Assembly (NCBI GenBank): GCA_023248635.1
Contig: JAHFED010000012.1
Coordinates: 43,370 to 107,369, forward strand
Reading direction: 5' to 3'
DNA length: 64,000 bases
DNA from: Myxococcales bacterium
GTDB taxonomy: Bacteria > Myxococcota > UBA727 > VGSZ01
Positions 34,736 to 47,144 of the stretch are shown here, piece by piece. The position numbers were made by a program, and so were the translations under genes. The notes beneath the pieces are model-generated. The model saw nothing but the letters and a program-made list of their open reading frames with translations. It was not told where the DNA came from and made no database searches. How positions within the stretch are numbered: position 1 is the stretch's first letter; each line of letters starts with the position of its first letter.

Positions 34736-36202
34736 CTATTGCGGTGCGGCGCGGAGCAAGATGGGTGACTGCAAGATCCCTTCGATGAGCGGCTTGGGTC
34801 CGCCCTTCGCCAGCCGGGTGAACTCCGCGCGCTCGGCGTCGGTCAACACCTGGTCGAAGGACAACCCCGAGAAGGAGTTGAAGGCGCGCTTGGCCATGCA
34901 CTCGTCAAAGCCAGGCCCGCGCTCGACGTAGCCGCGGATGAGGTCGGCGGGTCCGACGCCGTCTTCGCCAAACACGTGCCCGATCTGCGACTGGATGTTG
35001 ATGAACTGCGCGGTGCCATCCCGGTCGTAGCCGAAGAGCATGGCGGCCTGGTTGTCCATACCGAAGTGGCAAAAATTGCAGCGTGGGTTCGAGCCGTGGG
35101 CAATGTCGGCGGGCGTGTGGTTCGGGTTTGGGTAGTCCCGGAAGTCATCGATGTTGAGGGTCTCGTCGACGTCGTGGCACAGCAGGCGCTGGCTGAGGGC
35201 GCGGGCGCGGCCGCGAACGGTGTTGTAGGTGTCCAGGTATCCCGGCGACGTCACCAGGCCGGCCCGCGGCATCACACCAGTGGGCCAGGGGGCGCGCCCG
35301 GATCCCACCACAGGAAGGGCCCGGATCTGGGCGACGGCGTCGGCGGTGGAGACCTCCTGGGTGAAGATCGCTCCTTGGCCCAGGAGGTAGGAGAGGTAGA
35401 GGCCGCGGGTGCCGTAGAAGAAGTCGCCGCCGAGGTAGTCGAACCAGGAAAGGTTCTGCTGGTAGGCGAACAGGCCCCGTTCGACCGACTCCTGGTTGAA
35501 GTCGCGCTCCACCTCGCGGTTTCTCGTCAGGTCGGGGCGGCCGACGACGTCACAGGTGCTGGGGTCGGCCCCTGTCTGCTCGCAGGGCAGGCACAGCAGC
35601 TGCTCCCGACCGCAGCCGCAACGCGGATCGGACTGCTGGTTGGCGACGGCGTTGCACAAGACGAAGCAGCCGCTGCCGACCTCACTGGGATCGATGCCCA
35701 CGCAGGTCGGATCATCGGTGACCAGCGGAAAGACCACCTCGTCCGACAGCGACGTCGGGCACATGAGAATGGTCTCCCCCTCGTCGAGCCACCACGCAGG
35801 TGCGGCCACGGCTTCGTCGAGCGTGCAGTCGGGCTTGCTCGCCAGGCGGTACACCCCGCTCGCGTTCGGCTCGAGGAGGAATTGGTCAAAAGGCGTGAAA
35901 CCAACGGTGAGGCCAAAGAAGTCGGAGAAGTAGCGGCGCACCCGGGCTTCGTGTTGCGGGGACGCCAACCACTCGGTGGTGAAGGAGTCGAGTGAGCGGT
36001 CGCCCGCGAGGAAGGCGGTGGTCTCCTCGATGGAGGGCGGCACATCGCGGATGGCCAGGGAGAGAAAGCGCAGCGTGCTTCCCGTGGGGGGTGTCACGGG
36101 GGCGGCGGCGGGGGGGTCGGCGGGCACCGGTGGGGGGCACCCGAGGCCAACCAGCAGGACGGCGACGACGAGCAGCGGGGCTTTGGATGTGTGCATGTTC
36201 AT
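34736..36202 (-). CDS. Cys-rich lipoprotein with one CxxCH motif (DUF1585/1588/1592-like)
   Basis: Lipobox GLG-C, AGLVTSPGYL, RGRA, CNFCH...D...F..YD..G, C.AKR; internal RCGCG segment. Confidence 0.7.
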   Translation of the reverse strand: MNMHTSKAPLLVVAVLLVGLGCPPPVPADPPAAAPVTPPTGSTLRFLSLAIRDVPPSIEETTAFLAGDRSLDSFTTEWLASPQHEARVRRYFSDFFGLTVGFTPFDQFLLEPNASGVYRLASKPDCTLDEAVAAPAWWLDEGETILMCPTSLSDEVVFPLVTDDPTCVGIDPSEVGSGCFVLCNAVANQQSDPRCGCGREQLLCLPCEQTGADPSTCDVVGRPDLTRNREVERDFNQESVERGLFAYQQNLSWFDYLGGDFFYGTRGLYLSYLLGQGAIFTQEVSTADAVAQIRALPVVGSGRAPWPTGVMPRAGLVTSPGYLDTYNTVRGRARALSQRLLCHDVDETLNIDDFRDYPNPNHTPADIAHGSNPRCNFCHFGMDNQAAMLFGYDRDGTAQFINIQSQIGHVFGEDGVGPADLIRGYVERGPGFDECMAKRAFNSFSGLSFDQVLTDAERAEFTRLAKGGPKPLIEGILQSPILLRAAPQ

Positions 36203-36203
36203 C

Positions 36204-37679
36204 TCAACCCTTGCTCACAAAGAGGCCGCTCAGACGCTTCACGCCGTCAAACTCGGGGATGCCGTCCACCACGGCCTCGCCGCCAATGTTGGCGAGGATG
36301 GTGGCAATGAGGTTGTCCGGCAGCAGCTGCGTGCTTTCGCTGAACGCCACCGGCTGCACGAGGTCCGGGTCCCACCCCAAGGCTTCGGCGTTGTCGCCGG
36401 TGGCGCCGATGAGCGCGCCATCTTGAATGCCGCGCCCCATCAGGATCGCCGAGGCGCTGGGCCAATGCTCCGTGCCGCCCGTGGCCAGGGTGAAGACCGG
36501 CGTGCGGACGAACTCCGAGGTGATGTAGATGGTGGTCGTGTCGGCGAGCTTCAGGTCCGGCGAGGTGGGATCGTCCGTCGCGAGCAGGTCGGTGACCAAG
36601 ACGTCGAGGGCCCTCGCGAAGCGCTGCATCAACGGCAGGTGCACCGCGAGTTGGTCGGAGTGCGAATCGAAGGAGCCAAAGGTGACGGTGACGTAGGGGC
36701 TCAAGTTGCTCTTCAACAGCAGCAAGGCCGCCGCGAGGTTCTCCTCGGGGCCGTTGCTGGCGGCGCCTTCTGGATTGTAGCGAGCCCGGTCGGCGTCGGA
36801 GAGAGAGAGAGAGCCGCCGAGCTTCTTGGCGTAGACCTCTTCGATCTTGGCCGACGACTCCCGCCAGGCCTTGAGCTCGTTCTGGTAGGTCGCGGGCAAG
36901 CGCCCGACCACGAGGTCGTCGAGCCCGTCGATCAACCCGTGGGCATCGCCGACCAGCTGGTCGAAGGCGGCGGCGCGGGCTGGATCATTGGGGTCGAAAG
37001 AGTCGGGAAAGGCCCCACCAGGGCCGATGAGCACCGAGGTGGGTCCGCTCACCATGGTGTTGAGGGCGTCGCTGGAGAAGGCCTGCAGCGGCGGCGACGT
37101 CAGCCTCGTGTTCCCCAGGGGAGCGGCCGTCCCCAGGACGATGTGGGAGGGGAAGCTCCGCGTCGCTTCCCCCAAGAGAGCAGGGATGGCGGGGTAGTCG
37201 CGGGTGTTGGTGAGGCTGAGGATGCCCGAGCTCATGTACTGCGCGGCAAAGTCGTGGCCCGACACCTCCATGAAGATGCCGTTGACGAAGGCGGTGGGCA
37301 GGCGCGCAAAGGGGCCCGCGCTGTCGGGGACGATGAGCCCAGGCCCGATCTGCAGCGTTGGTTTGCCGTCGACGACCTGGGTGGGGCACTGGGCGGACTG
37401 GTAGGCGGCGTCGTAGGCGGCGGAGGCTGCCTTGCTCCCCACCACGGGGTCGCAGGCGAAGGCGCTGTCCCAGCCCCCCTCGAGGTTGATCTGCAGGAAG
37501 CGATGGGGAGCCGGGGCGGCACCAGCGCGGCTCCGTCCCGCTGGTAGGAAGGCAGCACCTGCTCCCAGCGCGCTCAGACGCAGGAGATCGCGCCGCGTCA
37601 GCGATGTCGATCGGCCCCGGGGGGCGTGGTTGTGCGCGGAGGAGGCAGGCCGCCGGAAGCCAGAAGATTTCAACGCCAT
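36204..37679 (-). CDS. Tat-exported DUF1501-family protein
   Basis: TRRDLLR twin-Arg signal, [30 protein letters not shown]. Confidence 0.85.
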   Translation of the reverse strand: MALKSSGFRRPASSAHNHAPRGRSTSLTRRDLLRLSALGAGAAFLPAGRSRAGAAPAPHRFLQINLEGGWDSAFACDPVVGSKAASAAYDAAYQSAQCPTQVVDGKPTLQIGPGLIVPDSAGPFARLPTAFVNGIFMEVSGHDFAAQYMSSGILSLTNTRDYPAIPALLGEATRSFPSHIVLGTAAPLGNTRLTSPPLQAFSSDALNTMVSGPTSVLIGPGGAFPDSFDPNDPARAAAFDQLVGDAHGLIDGLDDLVVGRLPATYQNELKAWRESSAKIEEVYAKKLGGSLSLSDADRARYNPEGAASNGPEENLAAALLLLKSNLSPYVTVTFGSFDSHSDQLAVHLPLMQRFARALDVLVTDLLATDDPTSPDLKLADTTTIYITSEFVRTPVFTLATGGTEHWPSASAILMGRGIQDGALIGATGDNAEALGWDPDLVQPVAFSESTQLLPDNLIATILANIGGEAVVDGIPEFDGVKRLSGLFVSKG

Positions 37680-38383
37680 GTGTGCCACGTCTCCAGGCTC
37701 GAGAGGAGGGCATAGAGGGTCACGAGCCAGGCCGGGGAGGTGCTCTGCTCGCGCTGGTAGACACGCTCGAAGGTCTCTTCGACGAGGGCCAGCTCTGCGG
37801 GGGTCGCCGTGCGCGCGTACAGCCGCACGTAGAAATCCTGGATCTGCGCCTGCCAGCGCGCGCGCGCCGCCTCGTCCTTGCTCGGGAAGTCCTCGGCGAT
37901 GTTGCACTTGGTGAACAAGGTGCCTGGGGGATTGAGGAACACGTCTTGGGGGCAGGGACCTGCGGGTGCCGCCTGGCTGCACTCCACGATCTGGATGGCG
38001 AGCGGCCACGCGACACCGCGCGAGACCAAGAGGGTCTGCACCTTGGTGAGCGTGTCGCGATCGCGCACGCGGCCAAGGAAGTCGACGCCGCCGAGGGGAA
38101 CGGCGAACTCCCGCTGCAGACTGCCGAAGAAGCCGTCGGTGGGCCCGAGCACATTGGGCTCACCCTGGACCCCCAGATCGGTGCCCAGGGCCGCGCGAAA
38201 GGTCTTGCTCACCTGTTCCGGGGTGAGCCGCGCGACCCCAGCCACGATGGCGCCGGCCTCAGGTTCTGGATCGGGTGGGGGGGTCTCTGCGGGGCAGCCG
38301 CCGAAGGCGCCGACGAGGGCGAGCAGCCCCGTGACCCGACCCCAGCTCTGCAAAGGCCCACGTCGCTTTGGTTCGTCTCGCAT
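37670..38383 (-). CDS. Hypothetical lipoprotein, first gene of the DUF1501 module
   Basis: Lipobox [20 protein letters not shown], helical C-terminal [11 protein letters not shown]; overlaps the next gene. Confidence 0.7.
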   Translation of the reverse strand: MRDEPKRRGPLQSWGRVTGLLALVGAFGGCPAETPPPDPEPEAGAIVAGVARLTPEQVSKTFRAALGTDLGVQGEPNVLGPTDGFFGSLQREFAVPLGGVDFLGRVRDRDTLTKVQTLLVSRGVAWPLAIQIVECSQAAPAGPCPQDVFLNPPGTLFTKCNIAEDFPSKDEAARARWQAQIQDFYVRLYARTATPAELALVEETFERVYQREQSTSPAWLVTLYALLSSLETWHTWR

Positions 38384-38507
38384 GCCGGCATGTTTGCCCT
38401 GGATCAGCGGCCGGCGCCAGCAAACCACCGCCCGGTGTCCCGCGGCCTGGCCGGGCGGACCTGAACACCTGTTGCGTGGTGACGTCGAGGGATCGTAGTC
38501 CTCGTGC

Positions 38508-41477
<2,970 letters not shown>

Positions 41478-41523
41478 TCTGGCACGCTCACAGCCGCAGC
41501 GGCATCACTGATAATCCAATGAA

Positions 41524-43758
41524 TCAGCCAGGTCTGAAGTAGAGTTTTTGCACGACGACGTCGTCGTCGCCGTCGAAGGTCTTGAATTTCCAGATCTTCG
41601 TCGCCTCTACCAAGCACTCGTGAAAAGCATCGTTGGTGAAGGGGCTCTTCTTCACGCTGGCCGCCGATACCGAGCCGGCCGGCACCACGGTCACCGCGAG
41701 GGTCACTTCGCCTTCAGCGGTCCCGTCGATGCTCAGCAGGTGCTCGACGTAGCAGCGCTTCGCCCGGGCGCTGCTGGTGTGCATGATGGCGCCGAGGACG
41801 GCGTCGCTGAGCTCAGAGGGGCGCGGCCGGGCTTTGGGCTGGTGGGCTTTGGGTCGGGCCGGGGGCTCCACCAGCGCTGGCACTTTGGGCCGGGGCGGGG
41901 GCTCCAGCGCCGGCACCTTGGCTCGCTGGGGTGCGTTGTCGTCGACGACGGCCTCGGCGATCGGCACGGCGACCGGCGCGTCGATGAGCGCCTGCAGCGC
42001 CGCGCGGCTTCGCGCCTCGCGCGGACTCAGGGTCGGCGGCAGGCGACGCAGGCTGGCGGTGGCGGCGGGCCTGTTGTTGCCGGCGAGCAGGATGCGCGCC
42101 CGCAGCAAGAGGGCTTCGACGTTGGCATCGTCGAGGTGCAGCGCGGTGTCGACGGCCACGCGGGCGTCGTCGAAGGCCCCGTGCTCGAAGGCCACCTCGG
42201 CGCGCGCGATGAGCGCCCCGACCTGGAAGCGCAGCTCGTTGGTTCGGGTGGCTTCGACGACGTCGACCTCGTCGAGGGGGAGCAGCGACGGCAACGCGGC
42301 GATGACGGCGACCGCAATGGCGCTGATCAGCACGAGCGCCGCCGCCCAACCCACCGCGGGGTTGGCGGGGGCGCGGATGGGCTCGTCGTCGCGTCGGTCA
42401 TCAAAGGCCAGCGCCGGGGTCTCTGTCGTCGGCCGCGGCACGGGGGCGAGAGGGAATCGAGCCGTGGGCGGCGGCGGCGGCGGCGGCGGCGCCAGGGCCA
42501 CTTTGCCGTCGAGGATGTCGACGACGTCTTCGCCGCGCTGGGGCCGGGCCGCGGGGTCCTTCTCGAGCAAGGCATGAACGAGCGCGACCAGCTCGTCGGG
42601 AACGCCCCCTTCGACGCCGGGCGCCAAGGTGCCCGCGGGCACCAGGCGCAGCTGCTCCGCGCGCAGAGTGCGCAGGTCGGGGACCGGTTTTTCCACGTGC
42701 GCTTTCAAGATCTCGTAGGTCTTGTCGCCGTCGAAGGGGGGGCGGCCGCTCAACATCTCGAAGAGCACGAGCCCGCAAGCGTAGAGGTCGCCGCGGCCGT
42801 CGACGTTCCTGCCCTGGATCTGCTCGGGGCTCATGTACTGGGGTGTGCCCATCAACATGCCGGTCTGCGTGAGGCGCTTTTCGCCTTCCAGCTGGCGAGC
42901 AATGCCAAAGTCGACGACGACGATGCGGCCGTCGTCGCCGACGACGACGTTGGCGGGTTTGATGTCCCGGTGCACGACGCCGTGGTCGTGGGCGTAGCCA
43001 AGGGCAGTGACCACCTCGCGCAGGATGCGGCGGGCTTCGTCGCAGGAGAGCACCCGGTGCTCGTCGATGTGGGCGTCGAGGGAGCGACCGCTCACGTATT
43101 TCATGACGAGGAAGCGATCCTCGCCATCCTGCGCGAAGGTGATGAGGGGAACGATGCCGGGATGATCGAGGGCCGCGAGGGCCCGGGCTTCCTGCACGAA
43201 GCGGTCGCGAATGCCCTGCTCTTTGGCCAGCGCCGCCGGCAACACCTTGATGGCGACCCGTTGCCCGCTGACGTCGTCACGACCCAGATAGACGGCCCCC
43301 ATGCCGCCCCGTCCGAGCTGCCGTTCGATGACATAGGTCGACAAGACGACGTCGCCGACATGGAAGCTCAAGTCGTCGTCGCCGCTGCTGCGATGGGCCC
43401 CTCCTTCGGTGCGTGCGCTCGGGGGCAGAGACGGCCAGCGGGAGCGGGGGGCCTCGACGTTGGCGGCGGGCGGTTCGGGCTGGGTGTCGGGAGTCTCGGC
43501 GTCGTCGACGGCGCCACCCTCGTCGCTGCGGGTGTCATCTCCCGGCCGCAAGAGGCCCACCGTCGCCGGAAAGCGACTCGCCGGCAGACCCGCAGGGGAG
43601 CGCATCATGGACCCCTGGGTGGGTGTGCGCGAAGGAGACCCGGCGGGCGGAAACAAGAGCGACAGGGAAGCGCCGCAGTGCACGCACGCCTCGACGTCGC
43701 GGCCTAGATCGGCCGACGGCGGGACAGAGGATTCCCTTCCACAGGAGGGGCAACGCAC
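41524..43758 (-). CDS. Membrane Ser/Thr kinase: Zn ribbon - Hanks kinase - TM - TPR - TonB-C/AgmX-like domain
   Basis: CPSC/CVHC, GRGGMGAVY, VAIK, HRDIKPAN, DFG, GTPQYMSPEQ; TM; TPR-like helices; C-terminal CY...G.V...V...G.V...C...WKF. Confidence 0.9.
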   Translation of the reverse strand: MRCPSCGRESSVPPSADLGRDVEACVHCGASLSLLFPPAGSPSRTPTQGSMMRSPAGLPASRFPATVGLLRPGDDTRSDEGGAVDDAETPDTQPEPPAANVEAPRSRWPSLPPSARTEGGAHRSSGDDDLSFHVGDVVLSTYVIERQLGRGGMGAVYLGRDDVSGQRVAIKVLPAALAKEQGIRDRFVQEARALAALDHPGIVPLITFAQDGEDRFLVMKYVSGRSLDAHIDEHRVLSCDEARRILREVVTALGYAHDHGVVHRDIKPANVVVGDDGRIVVVDFGIARQLEGEKRLTQTGMLMGTPQYMSPEQIQGRNVDGRGDLYACGLVLFEMLSGRPPFDGDKTYEILKAHVEKPVPDLRTLRAEQLRLVPAGTLAPGVEGGVPDELVALVHALLEKDPAARPQRGEDVVDILDGKVALAPPPPPPPPTARFPLAPVPRPTTETPALAFDDRRDDEPIRAPANPAVGWAAALVLISAIAVAVIAALPSLLPLDEVDVVEATRTNELRFQVGALIARAEVAFEHGAFDDARVAVDTALHLDDANVEALLLRARILLAGNNRPAATASLRRLPPTLSPREARSRAALQALIDAPVAVPIAEAVVDDNAPQRAKVPALEPPPRPKVPALVEPPARPKAHQPKARPRPSELSDAVLGAIMHTSSARAKRCYVEHLLSIDGTAEGEVTLAVTVVPAGSVSAASVKKSPFTNDAFHECLVEATKIWKFKTFDGDDDVVVQKLYFRPG

Positions 43759-43824
43759 GGGCCCACCTTTGCATCCTGCAGCGCCCCTCGCCAACGGAAC
43801 GACCTCGTGCCATCGAAGGGGGCC

Positions 43825-44643
43825 ATGACAGCCCCGCTTTTCCACGATGCGACGACGGTGAAGGTACGGGCGCTCTACCTGGGCGAACGCATCGACGTGC
43901 GCGCCCTCGAGGCCGCCAGCCGCATCACCCCGGTGCTGCCTTTGGCCATCCAGGTGGGCCAACATGGTGCCGCCGTCATCTTTCGCTACGGCGTGGTGGT
44001 GTTTTTCCACGTGTCACCGCTGGAAGAGGTGGGGCTCATCGAGAGCCTGAAGAAGCTCGTCGGCGAGAGCTTTGCCCGGCCGGAGCTCGAGGAGATCGAG
44101 ATCCGCGTCCTGCCCGATCGCAACGACGGGCGCCAAGACCTCGTCGAAGGCAACGTCCTCACGGTCAGCGAGCTCTCGGTCGAGCGTGCCCAGCTCATCG
44201 CTGAGATCCTGGCCCGCACCGTGGCCCTCGCCCGCTACGAGTCGGTGGTGAAGGAGTCCTGGTCCGCCATCGAGAACTGGGCGCAGGCACTGCAGCAGGG
44301 AAAGAGCGAAAACGCGCTGGCAAAGCAGCTCCTGAAAAATCTCGGGTCGACCATCGTGATTCAATCATCAATGACCGGCCGCATCGAGATCGACGACAAA
44401 CCAGAGATCCTGTGGGACCGCCCCGATCTCGAGCGCATCTACCTCCGCCTCGAGGACGAGTACGAGCTGAAAGAGCGAGACAAGGCCCTGGAGCGCAAGC
44501 TCGCCCTGATTTCGTCGACGGCGGAGATGATGTTGAATCTTGTTGACAATCGCCATGCACACCGCCTTGAATGGTACATCATTGGCTTGATTGTGCTGGA
44601 GATTGCAATCTCTTTGGCCACCATCGGCTTCGGCGGGCACTGA
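43825..44643 (+). CDS. RMD1/DUF155 family protein
   Basis: FRYGVVVFF, DKPEILW, EYELKER...LERKL, RLEWYIIGLIVLEI C-terminal TM. Confidence 0.9.
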   Translation: MTAPLFHDATTVKVRALYLGERIDVRALEAASRITPVLPLAIQVGQHGAAVIFRYGVVVFFHVSPLEEVGLIESLKKLVGESFARPELEEIEIRVLPDRNDGRQDLVEGNVLTVSELSVERAQLIAEILARTVALARYESVVKESWSAIENWAQALQQGKSENALAKQLLKNLGSTIVIQSSMTGRIEIDDKPEILWDRPDLERIYLRLEDEYELKERDKALERKLALISSTAEMMLNLVDNRHAHRLEWYIIGLIVLEIAISLATIGFGGH

Positions 44644-44684
44644 TCGTCGGCGCGGTCCCGTCTGCCTGGGGCGCCCGTCGTTGC

Positions 44685-44716
44685 TCAGCCCCCACCCCGA
44701 CATTGGGGTTGGGGCC
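44685..44716. terminator. GC hairpin between convergent genes
   Basis: CCCCACCCCG-ACAT-TGGGGTTGGGG imperfect stem. Confidence 0.4.
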
Positions 44717-44745
44717 GGGCTCGGCGGCTGCCAATTCTAATACTG

Positions 44746-47004
44746 CTATTCGTCGTGCTCCAAGGCCCCAATGCTGTAGGGAATTGTGCGCGCCTGACCC
44801 GCATGATCGAGGGTCGGTTGGAGGTCGACCGGCAGCGCCACCGCACCTTCGGAGAAGCGCACATCGACGGACGGCTTGAGCGTCCAGCCGCTGCCGAGGA
44901 AGTCGTCCCAGCCGTGGTTGACCCAGGTAGCAAAGACTTCGTCGACGCCGGCAATTTCCTGGTTGGCGACGGCGCGGTCGGGGCCCTCGCGATTGAAGCA
45001 GGCCTCGAGAAACGCGAGCGATGAGGTGCGCTCCCAGGGGCCGCCGCAGGGATTTTCCGGGTAGTTGATCATCGCAGTGGTGCCGTTGCCGTCCCCCAGC
45101 ACGAGGGCGTTGCCCGAGAACTCTTGCACCAAGGCCGGGAGCCCCTCGCGCTGGTTGATTCCCACGAAAGGCGCTGAATTATAGGTGTTTTCAATGAGGC
45201 ACATGTTGTTGTTGAGGTACACGGCGGGACCTGTTCCCCCACCGAGCAGCTCGAAGCAGAGCGAGAGGTTCGGTGGGCTGACGTGCGAGGCGTAGATGGA
45301 ATTGAAGTGCACGCGGGCCCGGTAGCCGCCGCCGCCGAAGCGCAGGGCGCGGTTGGCCGAATCGAAGCCGTCGATGAAATTGTGGTCGCCGGCATAGATG
45401 AGGTTGTTCTCGACCACCTGCTCGCCGTCGCCCCCAAAGAGCACGCCCCAGTTCATGCCAACGTTGCCGATGAAGTCGCCGCCGTAGATGCGGTTGCGGC
45501 GCAGGGCCGTCACAGCTCCCGCGCCGGTGCTGATGTTGAGGGCGAAGTGGCTGTGGCGCAGCTCGGAGGGAGCGCCGCCGCCGCCGTGGATGAAGCTCTC
45601 CGCAATCTCCACACTGCCGTTGCCCCGCACTTGAAAACCCGCGGCGCGCGTTCCGCTCGAGTTGGGAACCTCGCCCTCGCCGCCGTAGACCGCGGCGCGC
45701 AAGAACTCGCCGACGCCGGAGCCGTCCCACTGCACCGCCAGCGCGCCCATCCCGCCGTGATCGATGGTGTTCGTGCCGCTGCCACCAGAAATCTCGTCGT
45801 CGTGCACCACCGGGAAAGAGCTGCCGCTCACGAGCAGGCCGACGCTGGCGGCTTCGCTCGGCGTGCTTCCCGTACCAGCACCGCCTTCGATGTGGTTGAA
45901 GCTCAGGGTCGCTGAGGCGTTGTCGAGGATCACCCCCACGCTCCCGGCGGGTCGAAGCGCGTCGGCCACCGTGGCACCGCCGAGGATGCGGTTGTGCTCG
46001 ACGCGGGCGTTCGCCCCGGCGGTGATTTCGAGCGCCGCGCTGCTCCCGCTGCCGGTGCTTGGCCCGAGAAGGGCGAAGCCTTCGACGACGACGACGCTGG
46101 CCTCGGCGCCGGTCACCACCAAGGTGCTGCGCGTGGTCGGGAAATCGCCGTTTTCGATGGTGCTCTCAGCGTCGCTGACGGAGCCCGGCGCGCCGAAGTC
46201 TGCGGCGCGCTCCCAGCTCTCGCAGTCGTAGCCGCCTTGCAGGGCCACGTTGAAGGAGATGCTGAGCCCACGCTCGGGGAAGCGACCGGCACAGACGAAC
46301 ACGCTGCGGTTTTCGGCGGCGGACGCAGACGCCAGCGCGAGACCGCGACCGATGGTGCGCAGCGGATCTTCCTGGGTGCCGGGGTTTTGATCATCGCCTT
46401 GGGGTGACACGTAGAACTGTCCGGCGGGCTCCGCGTCCAGGCAAGCGAGGTTCAAGGGGTCACAGCCAAACGCACAGAGCTCGCGCGTTTCTTCGTAGAC
46501 GCATTGGCCGTCGACGCACTGACCTTCGGCGGCGAAGCTCGACAGCGCGCCATCGGCGCCGCAAGAGCGGGCCGGGGCACCGTCACAGGCGTCGCAGCCC
46601 GAGCTTCCAGCTCCGACGAGCACGACGCGCTCGCGTTCTCCGTCGACGCTGTTGCTGAGGATTTCGATTGCTCCTTCGTAGGCCCGGACCGCCTCGGGGC
46701 GGAAGCGCACGGTCACCGTGGCGCCGGTGCCGGGCCCCAGGTTCAGCGTGGCCGGCTCCATGACAAAGGCCTGCTCATCGCTGGAAGCCACCTGGACGGT
46801 GAGCGCAGCGCTCTCCCGGCTGAGCACGTCGAAGGTGCGGCTGTTCTCCTGCCCGATGACCACCACGCCAAAATCGAGGGTGCGCACCGAGACGCCGATC
46901 TCCGCTCCCCTCTCGATCGGCGCCAGCGGCTCTGGTCCACATCCCGAGCAGCCCAGATGACCGAGGCACAACACCAAATAAAGTCCAACAAGAAAACGCG
47001 CCAT
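44746..47004 (-). CDS. Secreted lipoprotein: choice-of-anchor-D/ASPM Ig domain, Cys-rich linker, DUF1565-like parallel beta-helix
   Basis: Lipobox HLG-C, LDFGVV...V.FRP...G.G, FYVSPQGDD.NPGT..DP..TI, Gly-rich N.I.GG beta-helix rungs. Confidence 0.75.
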   Translation of the reverse strand: MARFLVGLYLVLCLGHLGCSGCGPEPLAPIERGAEIGVSVRTLDFGVVVIGQENSRTFDVLSRESAALTVQVASSDEQAFVMEPATLNLGPGTGATVTVRFRPEAVRAYEGAIEILSNSVDGERERVVLVGAGSSGCDACDGAPARSCGADGALSSFAAEGQCVDGQCVYEETRELCAFGCDPLNLACLDAEPAGQFYVSPQGDDQNPGTQEDPLRTIGRGLALASASAAENRSVFVCAGRFPERGLSISFNVALQGGYDCESWERAADFGAPGSVSDAESTIENGDFPTTRSTLVVTGAEASVVVVEGFALLGPSTGSGSSAALEITAGANARVEHNRILGGATVADALRPAGSVGVILDNASATLSFNHIEGGAGTGSTPSEAASVGLLVSGSSFPVVHDDEISGGSGTNTIDHGGMGALAVQWDGSGVGEFLRAAVYGGEGEVPNSSGTRAAGFQVRGNGSVEIAESFIHGGGGAPSELRHSHFALNISTGAGAVTALRRNRIYGGDFIGNVGMNWGVLFGGDGEQVVENNLIYAGDHNFIDGFDSANRALRFGGGGYRARVHFNSIYASHVSPPNLSLCFELLGGGTGPAVYLNNNMCLIENTYNSAPFVGINQREGLPALVQEFSGNALVLGDGNGTTAMINYPENPCGGPWERTSSLAFLEACFNREGPDRAVANQEIAGVDEVFATWVNHGWDDFLGSGWTLKPSVDVRFSEGAVALPVDLQPTLDHAGQARTIPYSIGALEHDE

Positions 47005-47144
47005 ACCCTTCCCTCCAATAATCTAGAACAACTGTGTCGTGATTGTATGATTCCGGTGGCCTTGCGCGCCGGGCACTCACCTTAACAACTCGACGATTGG
47101 CTCCCAGATTGTCGGGACCCAGATCGGCGGTGCACCGTGTGCAA

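Noticed and set aside
41548-43707. 719-aa plus-strand ORF (also 49562-51586, 22307-23764, 19720-21336, 24764-26344)
   Set aside because: Fully overlap motif-bearing genes on the other strand and lack recognisable domains.
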